Assembly: GCF_003918875.1 (NCBI RefSeq)
Contig: NW_025767309.1
Coordinates: 62,001-126,000 of the forward strand
DNA length: 64,000 nt
Direction: 5' to 3'
Source of the DNA: Haliotis rubra
Taxonomy: Eukaryota
The notes beneath the pieces were generated by a model. It worked only from the letters and a program-made list of their open reading frames with translations, had not been told where the DNA came from and did not search any database. Each line of letters opens with the position of its first letter. Positions within the stretch are counted from its first letter, which is position 1. The translations under genes were made by a program, and so were the position numbers. This document shows positions 10,501 to 22,500 of this stretch, in pieces.

Positions 10501-13500
10501 TATGCAACTTGTAACATGATAATGCCCAGCATGTTTGGTGCATCATTTCGCAGCAGTCAAAATGATCAATAGTTATGTGATATGAGTTAAATTAAGACAG
10601 GTGGGATGGGAATGATTGATTTCTTCAAGGCCACCAGATATATTACTGTATGTTACTAGCCTCAGGTTAACACTAATAACAAGCATACACCTATTTCAAA
10701 GTCTGAACTCATTTGTTGTTGTACATCCAATGCTCCTCAGAGTTTCCCTAATGATGATTGCCCAGCTGTTACCTGTCTGTTTATCTATCATCCCATACTG
10801 TTGGTCACTTAGTTGGACCACAACACTATAACCATCATTTCGCCTTATATTGATTACCTTGTTGATAATTCATGTTACTGGCCTCTTTAGTTTTGAGTAT
10901 TGAGGGTAACCTGGTAATGCTCATTCTCTTCCCACAGAGGTTACTCCTGTCATATCTTCCTACTTAACCTCTGTTCTAATACGGCCATATTTCCCGGTTC
11001 TCGTTAAATCCCCTAGCGGCAAAAGATTGCAACACGAATTATCTCCCTTCTTTCTATCCAATCAGAACACCTGTTACATTGACTTAGATTCAACTTGACT
11101 AACACAAGCAAATGTGGGGCCACAAATATCCCCCATCTGCCGGGGACTTGTGTTGATGTTACACACAAGACGTTTAATGCCTAGCTTGTCCGTTGTCAAC
11201 GAGGGCGACGGAGACGCCACTGATCCGCCATAACATGACTGAGTTCTGTCTAGAAGAAACGTTTGCGCATCGCGCAGGGGAAGAAGTTTAGTTTTCTCGA
11301 AGCATACGGAAATTACCGAGGCCTTGCGAATGATCACTTTTGAAACAACGTCGCTGATTGCACAACTAAATCTGATTGTCTCCAATCACGAGTCTTGAAC
11401 GCTCACACCATGAAAGGGCCGTATTAGAACAGAGGTTACGTAGGAAGATATGACAGGAGTTACCTCTGTGGGAAGAGAATGGGTAATGCTTGGAAGACTT
11501 AAAGCCATCGACACTCATCAGGTTGATTTCTTCAGTCCAATATGTTGGCCTCAAGTCAGTAATCCAAGTTCAGGGATAAAAATAGTGCTTAATTTGTGTG
11601 CCATGCCATGGTAGATATTGACTTGGCACGGATGAATATTTTCAATGTGCCCAAGCAGCACAAATAAGAATTTTGAAATAATACTCACCATGATTTATTT
11701 GATGGAAAATGTGATACATGTGACCAACTTAAATGCTTCAAAGCCTATTTCCGCACCCCATCAAACTCTTTATCATTAGCCCTCTCAATCTCACACTTTG
11801 ACATGGGCATGGATATTTTGAATGCCAATGTGCACAACAGGAAATCCCGTTTTGGATGATGACAGCTTGTGGGTTAGCTTGTGGGTGCACTACAAATGAA
11901 GCTGAACTATTCTTGCAGTCATGATAGTGTTCAGGGAATCCATCTCTCAAGTTTACAAGTTTACATGACGTTTGCTGATTTATTAACCAATAAATTGAAT
12001 TGACATACTTGTTGTTGTGATGTTTAAAGTTTAATTGGATCATTGGGTACACGTAAATTATCTGTCCTGTTCCCAATGGCACCCTTTGAAAAAATTGTAT
12101 TTCTGTCCCTGAAGTATAAGAAAATTGTGTTCAGACTAGTTAGCATGGCTAATCATAATTAAATTAATATTGTGACACTAAAATCTACTGACAATGATGC
12201 CATGATCCAAGATGAGGCTAGGAGAATCACAAATTCAAATAAGACAATACATTCAAAAAAGATTGTGTCAAGATAAATACTAATCAATACTAATTACAGG
12301 GTTTTACAAGTTCACTGATTTTCATCACTGTGCATGATATGCGTATGAGATACACGAGGCTTTAATTTCATTTAGTTCTCATCTTGTATCTCTCACCATT
12401 ATTATTTTCTGGACATGCAAAGACTTGCCTAACTTGCAAAATCTAAGAATTTAAAAAATACTGTAAATATGGAATAACATTACTTTGATTATGATACAGT
12501 ACAGATATATGTTTCTAAGTTGCCAGTGTAAAAAATGGAAAACTTTGTTCAGCATCCATCTCCAATATATTTAACGTTTTTACCATTTAACTCATTCATC
12601 ATGTTTACCAGTAGTAATGATGTTGTATGATGGAGGTTCTTTTGGCTTGTAGGGGCGGTGGGGTAGCCTAGTGGTTAAAGCCTTTGCTCGTCACGCCAAA
12701 AACCCGGTTCAAATCCCCACATGGGCACAATGTGTGAAGCCCATTTCTAGTGTCCCCCGCTGTGATATTGCTGGAATATTGCTAAAAGCGACATAAAACC
12801 ATACTCGCTCACTCTGTTGACTTGTATTTATAGGGACATCGGCAGAGAAATCTGAGTGCATGTAAAATACAAGCTTTCTTTCGAGGATTTACATCCAGGA
12901 AGAAATTGGTAAGTACTGATCACTGTTGTTAAAAAGTTTTTCTAAACCTTTAAAGTCACCCACCAAGCCAACAAATGGTATTCACCAACATGACTAGATT
13001 TCTTTTGTGTTCTGTATATGTGACTCTACTAAATCATGACCCGTGAAGGTCCCGGGTTAGAATTGGTCTTCAGTAACCCATGCTTGTCGCAAAAGGCGAC
13101 TATGCTTGTCGTAAGAGGCGACTAACGGGATCGGGTGGTCAGGCTCGCTGACTTGGTTGACACATGTCATCGGTTCCCAATTGCGCAGGTCGATGCTCAT
13201 GTTGTTGATCACTGGATTGTCTTGTCCAGACTCGATTATTTACAGACCGCCGCCATATAGCTGGAATATTGCTGAGTGCGGCGTAAAACTAAACTCACTC
13301 ACTCACTAAATCATGAATGCCTTGATTATTCCAGATTTTTTCTGCGTTCATATGGTACTGACTTTTCCTTGCAAGTGATCTATTTTCCATGTTTGCAGAG
13401 TGAAGCCTTGCGTGCTGATTTTGACCAAAAGTTGCAGCCAGTGAGCAAGGATAATGTTGTGGATATCAAAGTTATCATCACACTCACACAGCGTCTGGTG

Positions 13501-16500
13501 TTCTTCTGTAGACCAGCCAGAGATGGACACAGGCTGGTGAGGAGGCTGTCAGCATGGGAAGATGGTTCTATGCTGCATCAGCAATTTCGCTACTATTCAC
13601 AGCAACTGAGCCCTTTCCACAATTCAGAGATATCATATTTCCTCAGTGCAAAAGATATATACTTGCAGCTTTGTCATTCATCGCTACCTTCTAAGCAGTG
13701 TGAACATATCATGCACATCTATTGTTGTGTATACATGTATAAGTAAAATAACTGTTCACTTATTTTTTATAGTGCTGACATTGTGAAGAAGAATCATGAT
13801 ATAGCAGTTAATAATAAGACTAAAAATTCTGTATGTGTATTGATAATTGATACCATCACCAATGTAAACTTGGTCAACCAGGGTGATCTTAACAAAAGTA
13901 AACCTTTCTGTGGCAATAAATGATTAATGTAGTATTGATAAACAGTATTACAGTGTATGATGACTTAGCAAGTAGATATTGAAACCAAAGACATGTCAGA
14001 AAATAATCCAATTTGCAAGGACATCCATGATGAAGTTCTTGTCTACATGTTTGTGTGTTTTGTTTTGATAATTCACATATTACTGTTATGGTTACAGGTG
14101 TCAGTGTGCCAGCAGATCATCAAGCAGAAGGAGGCCTATCTTCAGACCCTAGCTAACTCCAATAAAAACCTGCAGCAGCTCAATCAGCTTCTTGTGATGT
14201 GTCTAAGGTAGTGTATTACATCCCCACCCACTGTAGTTTTGGCTGAAGGGGCAGCGGGTAGCCTGGTGGTTAAAGTGTTTGCTCATCACACTGATCCCAA
14301 ATTTGTTCACCACATGAGTTTAATGTTTGAATCCCACATCTGTTGTACCCTGTTGTCATATTTCTGGAATAGTGCTCAAAGCACTGTAAAACAATATTCA
14401 CTCACTGACCCAGGTAAAACATCAGTTGTATATTTTACCTAGTTATTGGTTGCATTGACACATTACTTAACTGGTGTGTTATACTAATAGGTCAAGAGAT
14501 ATGCCCAAAGTTATGTTTAAATGAGTGCTTGTTTCAAAAAGAAGCTGAACATAAATGAATGGTTGCAAGTTAAAGTTTGGATTAGAGATGACTGCAAAGT
14601 CTCATTGAATAGAACATGGATATTATTGACAATTGAACCACTGAATAATATGTGTAGTATACTCTAGAACTGTCAGTTTTATATGATGTTCTTTTTCTTT
14701 GTAGATACCTGAATAGCATTGCATCTACTTCATCTCCGATCGCTGTGCCAATGAGGATGCTAGAAGTGTTTACCTCATCCAAAACGTTTGTGTGTATAAA
14801 GGGACTGTCAGGAAAGACAGAGACACAGCTGACACGCCAGATACTGGGTTATCTTGTTCAGAGAGGTTAGACTCAGAAACGCATACCATCTAATATGCAG
14901 TCTCATTGTTCAGAATTAATCATCAAATTCAAGGGGTCCCTGTAATAAAAGTGTTAAATATATCCAGCGTTCTTAAATTTAAAGTAAGCCTCAATGCCCC
15001 ATTGGTTTCAAACGTTGAAAATGGTGAATTATATTATAATGTATAGTTTGACTTTCGACATCTTTGAACTGGGGTACAGATATTTGTGCAATATTGAGTT
15101 TGTTAAATTCAGTGTACACGACTTATGGGAACTAAATCACTGATTACACCTGTAGTGGGAATGAAATGTTTTTGATTTATTTCATCTGTACAGTGTTGGC
15201 ACTGGTGGCCCAGTTGCCTTAGGCTCTACAATCTACAGTGCAGAGTTGCATCCCTTTGGCACACCAGAAACCTGTTATCTTGGGTTCAAATTGCCAGTGA
15301 TGTCATGTTTTAGTTGTCAGCATCATGCCCATGCTTGTAGGTTTCACTTGCAGTGACTTGAGGTGTGGAGAACTGGGTTGTTGTGTTGGTCGATCTCTTG
15401 CTTTATGGATGATGTTATGAATGATAATTGATATTTAAATACTACCACTTTGTGTTTGCAGGTTATTTTGAGTGTATGTACACATTGCTGACACAGAAAG
15501 TTCCTTCTAGTATTCCCTCCAACCCCAGCAGACATACTCATCCCTCCAACCCCAACTGCAGCATTTAGGTAACAGTTCAGCATCTTTGAACTCATCATGA
15601 ATCCATTAAGTTTTGCTGCATCAGCAACTGGGTACAAGAAGCATTTAGGTAACAGTTTGATATTGCTAATTCTAAGATGAGTCACAAGATGACACAAGCC
15701 GACTTTTAAATTAGGTTATGTGATATCCAAAACCATAGCATTTAAACCAATAATGGAGTTCAGACTGTTAAGGGAGTACAAATACATAGTAGACTGAAAA
15801 CAATATTTAATCACAGTAATAAATGTATGCAACTGTTCTAGTTTGAATCTAGGGATATGAATTGTAATGAAAGGATACCATTACAAGTAAATAAAATTTC
15901 AGCATTTTAGTGATGTAAGCTTGTAAATAGAATCACTGATAATCAAATATGATGTTCCTAATTCCGATCCAGCTGGCTGACCCATTATGTATGCCTCCAC
16001 TTTGCTCTTCTTCAGCCACTATGTCCTGCAGTGTGTATGTCGGATCTTCCTGTGTCCAAGGTACACAGACCAAATCAGTCAGTTCCTCCTACCAGCAATG
16101 GCATATGGGAAATACCCATTCCCGTTTGTGGAGCTGATCCAAGGCTTGATCTCACATACGTCCAAAAACGGTTCCAGCCAACGACGACATCTGAAGCCAG
16201 AGCTGAAGCCTAGTCCCTGGCTCCTTGCAGCAGTTCTTACTCTGGCAGACAAGTATATCGGTAAGTCATGGTTGGGGTAACTAACTTTCTAAAAAAAGCA
16301 GTAATCATTGTATTTTTCCTTATCCTGACTCATGCTAATTATGCTTGTCTCCTTCCTCTTGCGAATGATAGTGGAACACTTGAAATCCCTTGAAGTTCCC
16401 TTTAAAAAAGCGGACGTAAAATCACTCACCCAGGAGTAGCGTCCCTTTCCTCCCTTTGGCACCCAAATGGTCACATGATCGTCCATATTTGTCACTCTCT

Positions 16501-19500
16501 CCTTCTTCGCCCTTGAAGACGGTTGTGAGAGCACCTGGGTCCCTATACGGCACATATCCTGTTATATTTTCAGACCTTACATCAAAATTATTGCTGTATA
16601 CGGTTTTTAGGATTATATTCTACATTACGGTTTGAAATTTGTTCTAAATTTTCAGTTGTTTGACATGTGTTTTCTTCATGTTTACAATTGATGAAAACTT
16701 GTATTCGTTGTAGGTACCGAGTATCTGCGGCTGACCCTCATTTATTATGTCCTAATTGTACTGTTTCATGTTCTTTCAGCTCTCGCTGTAAGTATTGTAT
16801 AAAATTAAATTCGGTTGAATTTAATAATTACCTTTTTTCCATCCATAGACGTGCTAAGGACTGGGTACGTAGGTATTCACAAGTCATGTCTAAATCGAGT
16901 GATTGCGCTGATAACCGTGTGTTAACCACTGCTGCGGATATTCATAATTCTAGTGAATTGCTGAACGTTTCTCAGGAGCAGGTTGATGTACCAGGGGTGA
17001 ACGCCGGAGGCCATAAGAGATCATCGTCTACTGAGCTGACCTAATCGCAGATGAAGAAGACCAAATCTTCATCTTCACAGAAAAAGAAGGCTACTACCAT
17101 GAAGACTTCAGCGAAGTCTAAGATCAGCTCTACACAGAAGACGAGGTCTTTCTCAGCCGAGATTGTTCCTCCGGAAGACGCCGATCTTATGATGATCTAC
17201 CTATCCTCATACCTGAAGTCACCATCGTCAGTAAGAAGACGAAGCCTGCTTCTACAGCTACATCGACATTGGTATCAGCGCGCAGACATTGACAGAAGAC
17301 TTACTATCAATGCAGACATCGGGTACCAGAGATAGCAGCATCATCAACTCTTCACTAGTGCAGCGAGCCTTAGATGACGTCTCTTCAGTATCAGATGCAT
17401 CATCCCTGCAGCAGTCTCTTCAGACAACGCATAACTTCAACCCGGGACTGTTCATGCAACAGTTTACAGACCAGATGATGTCCTTGATGGAACGTCGCTT
17501 TGCTCAAGAGAAGGCTGCTATGAAGACCGCTACAACGTCTACTAGCCTGCGTGAAGTCTCTACAGTCTCCCCACCACATCTCCCTACTCCAACAAATCTA
17601 AGTTTGCAGGAGTCCAGAGAGCCAGAGAAAAGAAGTATTCCAGTATTCCAACCGGAGCTCCTAGAGGTAGCCGGAAGAGGCCGAGCACCCAGGGGTGCAA
17701 GAGGAAGCAAGCATTGAAGGCCAGGTTCGGAACGACTGGAGTCTTCCACCCCCAACCGTTCCTATACAACCTTCGACAGTGGGTGGATGTCTTCAACGGT
17801 ACTGGGAGAACTGGGGGATACTACAGGACGACTACGTATCCCAGATACTGCGCAGAGGGTACAAGATACAGTTAGAAGCCACCCCGTCGCTCACAAGCAA
17901 CCCCATGGCCTTCAACTACGCAGCCGACCAGATAGGAAAACTGGACAATGCTATCAAGACCCTACTCAACAAAGAGGCAGTAGAAGAGATAGATCAAGAT
18001 CTCATCACGTCCGGGTTCTACTCCCCAATTTTCCGGGTACCGAAGAAGAATTCCAAGGAGAAATTTCGGCTCATCTACAACATGAGGAAGTTCAACCAGG
18101 AGTATCTACGCAGACTAGCAAAATTCAAGATGATACATCCTCCTCAGCTCCGACATCTCGTTTGTCCAGCAGACTACCTCGCCAGCATAGATCCGCAAGA
18201 TGCGTACCTTCACATCCCGATACTTCCAGACTCAAGGAAATACCTACGTTTCCTTTTCAACGGACAGCACTTCCAGTGAAAGGTTCTACCGTTTGGAATA
18301 TCGTCGGCCCCCTGGTTGTTTACTCGAGTGACCAAGCCCATCGTCACATATCTACATCGTCGAGGTCTACGCAGTGCTTTCTACCTGGATGACAGGATTC
18401 AAGCTAATCAAGATCCCAGTCAACTCAGACTGCAACTAGATTTGACCATCAGGCTGCTCACTCAACTAGGATGGCTAGTGAATCTCCTCAAGTCGGAACT
18501 GGAGCCGAAACAAGATCTGCAATTCCTAGGAATTCGACTCATTACACCAGTGAATCGTATAGTCGTTCCAGAGGATCGTTGGGTCAAAATACAACAGATG
18601 ATATCTCAAGCATTGCTCTCTCCGTTCACACTATGTGCTTGGCAAAGCATGCTCGGTCTACTCACCTCAGCTCAAGACATGACTCGCAGAGGGAGATTAC
18701 AGTTGCGCCCACTACAAGTATTTGTGAACACCCACCTAGACAGCCTAGATCTGTTAATACTACTGGACAGATTGAAACCATATCTCCTATGGTGGACTCG
18801 GAAGTCGAACGTTTGCGGAGGGACCTTTTTGTCAGAGCCGGTTTGCAACACTCATCTCCACGTGGATGCCTCCCTACAAGGATCGGGTGCGCACTTCAAC
18901 AACGAAGTGGCAGCAGGGAAGTGGTCGAGTCAGGATCAGAAATCACACATCAATCTGTTGGAGATGAAAGCAGTAATCAACGCTTTACAACATTGGTCCA
19001 GCGTACTAAAGAACGCACGACTCATGGTACACACGGACAACTCCACAGTGGCGTTTTACATCAACAAACAAGGGTCAAGAAGATCAACAAGTCTGCTACA
19101 ACTCAGCTTTCTCCTGTTCAGCATAGTCGACGACCTGAACATCTACATGAAGGCATGCCACATTCCAGGAGCAAATAATGTCATAGCAGACGCCCGATCT
19201 CGTCCACTACAACCATCCCCGACGGAATAGATGTTGCATCCAGAAGCATTCCAGTTCATCAGACAGACTTTAGGATCCCCACTAATAGACCTGTTTGCAA
19301 CAAAGTTCAACAAACAGCTACCAATGTTCATCTCACCGATTCCAGATCCTAAGGCATGGGCAACAGATGCTCTAAGCATCTCATGGGAAGGACTAAACAC
19401 TTACGCGTTTCCGCCTCCAGCACTACTACCACAACTACAGAAAATCAAGCAGACGACTATGTTGCAATTGATTTTGGTCGCGCCCTCCTGGCCAGCGAGG

Positions 19501-22500
19501 GTATGGTTTCCCGTCCTCATACAAAAACTCGGAAGTCCAACCCTGAAAATACCAGAGTGGTCGAACCTACTCATCCATCCACACACCAAGCAAGCTCACG
19601 GGAACCTGACACTGTTCCAGCTACACGCCAGGAGCGTATTAAAGCTTGCCTGAAGACTAGAGGGTACTCCGCCAGAGCAACGAAAGCAGTAACACTAGCT
19701 CTACGCAGATCAACTCGCAACTTGTACGACGACAAGTGGCAGAGATTTGAACAATATGCAAAGAGGAAAGGCTTTACAGCGGTTACAGCAACACATCCTC
19801 AAGTGGCGGAATACTTATGTCATCTACGACAGACGAGACACTTAAAAGGTTCAACATTCTCAACGTACTTAGCTGCTCTCAGTACAGTTATCACCATGAA
19901 AACGGGTATCAAGCTGACCAAAGTACCAGAGATTCTGGCATTACTACGCTCATTCAAGTTGGAAGACTTTAAGGCTCCTGCCTGGGATCTCAACATAGTT
20001 TTACAACATCTCACCAGTGATGCCTATGAGCCTCTAGAACGGACATCCTTTATCCTTTGAACTACTAACTTAGAAAACGCTGTTCCTGATCGCTGTAGCA
20101 ACAGGTGCAAGGATGTCAGAAATACATGCTCTAGACATTGAACAAACACGATTTGAATCGAGACATCGTGACATCGTACATCTGGGACTGAGATGGGATT
20201 TTATCGCCAAGAACCAACTGCCCGGCCAGCCTGACAGACAGTTCCACATCCCAGCACTATCTACAGTCCTTGGGCCACAGGATACGCAGGATCTATCCTT
20301 TTGCCCAGTCAGAGCACTTAAAGTCTACTTACAAAGAACTAAAACAAGGAGACGAAAATTCAAGCGCCTATTCATCCCCTTATCCACTGAGACGCCCACG
20401 GAAGTCTCTAGGACAACGATATCGATCTGGATGAGAGCCGTTTTACTAAGGGCCTATAAAGCAGCAGGACTTGAGCCTCCACGAGCCTCCAATCCACATG
20501 AAGTCAGAGCCCTGGCGTCAACACTTGCTCTGCATGGAAACTGCTCGAATACAACTATAATGGAGGGCTGCTTTTGAAGATCGAACACAGTGTTTGCCAA
20601 CCACTACCTCAGAGACATTGCCACTGAAGACGTCTCAGGCATTCACAAGTTTGGGCCACTTGTTGTAGCACAACAACTAACGGTTCCACAAAGGCGCTGG
20701 GAAAATCTCACCCTTTTTATCACGTGACTTTTGAAAACTAACGCTCTTGAAAGCAAATGGTTAAAGTCCATGCACACGTCTAGGACAGACTAGCATGAGT
20801 GATAGACCCTGTACTTGTATAGGACATACTCGTACATGAAGAAGGGTCACATCTCCACTTGATGTGTGCATCAAGAGATGGGGGTTCAATAGATAACTAA
20901 TGGAATATTAGTATATCTAAAATCCACACGAAAATGTCAGGAGAAGTTTCGGAAGAAATCTGACAAGTTGTGGTCCCCCCAGACTCATCAGAGAGAAGTT
21001 GAAAGAATCTTCAACAGTGCCATCATAAGTTCCCAAGGGGGGTAATACAGGACGTAAATCTACAACCAGGGAATCCAGAACGTGGCTTGACCAACCACCG
21101 TTTCCGACGGATTCTGCAAGCATAATTAGCATGAGTCAGGATAAGGAAAAATATGTAATTTTCTGACTAAAATTGATATTTTATACTTATCCTGACTCAT
21201 GAGGTTAGCCCTCCCAACCTCCCCTCTTATGGCACTCTGGATTTCCCTGTATATTCGGGTCTCGGGCTTACATACGGAGAGAGTGACAAATATGGACGAT
21301 CATGTCACCATTTGGGCGCCAAAGGAGGAAAGGGACGCTACTCCTGGGTGAGTGATTTTACGTCCGCTATTTTAAAGGGAACTTCAAGGGATTTAAAGTG
21401 TTCCATTATCATTCGCAAGAGGAAGGAGACAAGCATAATTAGCATGAGTCAGGATAAGTATAAAATATCAATTTTAGTCAGAAAATTACATTATTCAGAA
21501 TTTTCCATTTAGGGAAAATAGTGAATAAATGTTTTTGTGTTTTTTTCATTTGTTTGTCAGATTGTGATAATTATTATCATCACTATGATGTGATATTGTT
21601 GAGAGGTGTCAAATTACCTGAGATATATTTTTTGCAAATGAGTGTGAGTGAGTTTTACGTGTGTGTGGTTTTACACAGCTTTTAGCAATATTCCAGCAAT
21701 ATCACGTCCAGGAACACAAGAAATGGGCTTCACACATTGTACCCATGTGGGGAATCGAACCCAGGTCTTCAGTGTGACGAGCAAACACTTTAACCACAAG
21801 ACCACCCCACCACCCTTTTGCAAATGAAACTTAATAAGTCACATTACTTGTGACATTATATAAGTGTAATTGTTTCTTATTGCACAGGTGACCTGACATC
21901 TGAAAACAGCTATGCTTACATGCAGCTGCTACAGTACTTACTGCCACAGCTTCCCAAGCCGAAAAATATTGACGTGGATGATGACTCTGAGGAGGAAGAC
22001 ATGGCAGTAGACGAGGTAGGGTTGTCGGTCAGACTCTTGGTTTACGCACAGTTTGAGATGAAAGTTTGTTAAGAAATTCCTTTTACTTTACTTTTCTCCT
22101 AATTTGTTTGTTGATTTCAGGACTATGGGTTTGCCAGTCTGTCTGATCTTCGAGAGGAGTGTATCCGATTGCTAGACTCTCCAGGGCACCTTCACTGTAT
22201 GTTCAACTGTCTTCAGCGGAATGCCGACAGCCAGCTGCTGGAGGCTGTGTCTGTCATCTGCCACACACTGCTGTCCCAGCAGAGGCTGTCTGTACACAGG
22301 CTTAGGTATGGCAAACAGCATCACAGATTATCTCCCCTTGTCCAATAGGTTTATGTCATTCAAGGCAATCACACATGTTTTGTTTAGATCGGAGAGCTGT
22401 TATTTCTTCTTTGACATCTTAAGATCTTCAGTTACTTTCACCTACAGTGTAACTCACTACATATGCTCATACTAAATTTATAAATTATGTGAAGCATTTC

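Larger units (their letters stand above)
16311..21490 (+). mobile_element. DIRS1-type tyrosine-recombinase retrotransposon, full length, in UBE3C intron 8
   Basis: Left ITR 16311-16502; right ITR 21276-21458 plus 3' extension to 21490; internal complementary region 21117-21201 complementary to both outer ends; gag, RT/RNaseH/MT and YR ORFs; no TSD. Confidence 0.96.

Noticed and set aside
16289-16555. Matching short ORFs at 16289-16555 (minus) and 21312-21512 (plus)
   Set aside because: They are the two DIRS inverted terminal repeats, not a duplicated gene.
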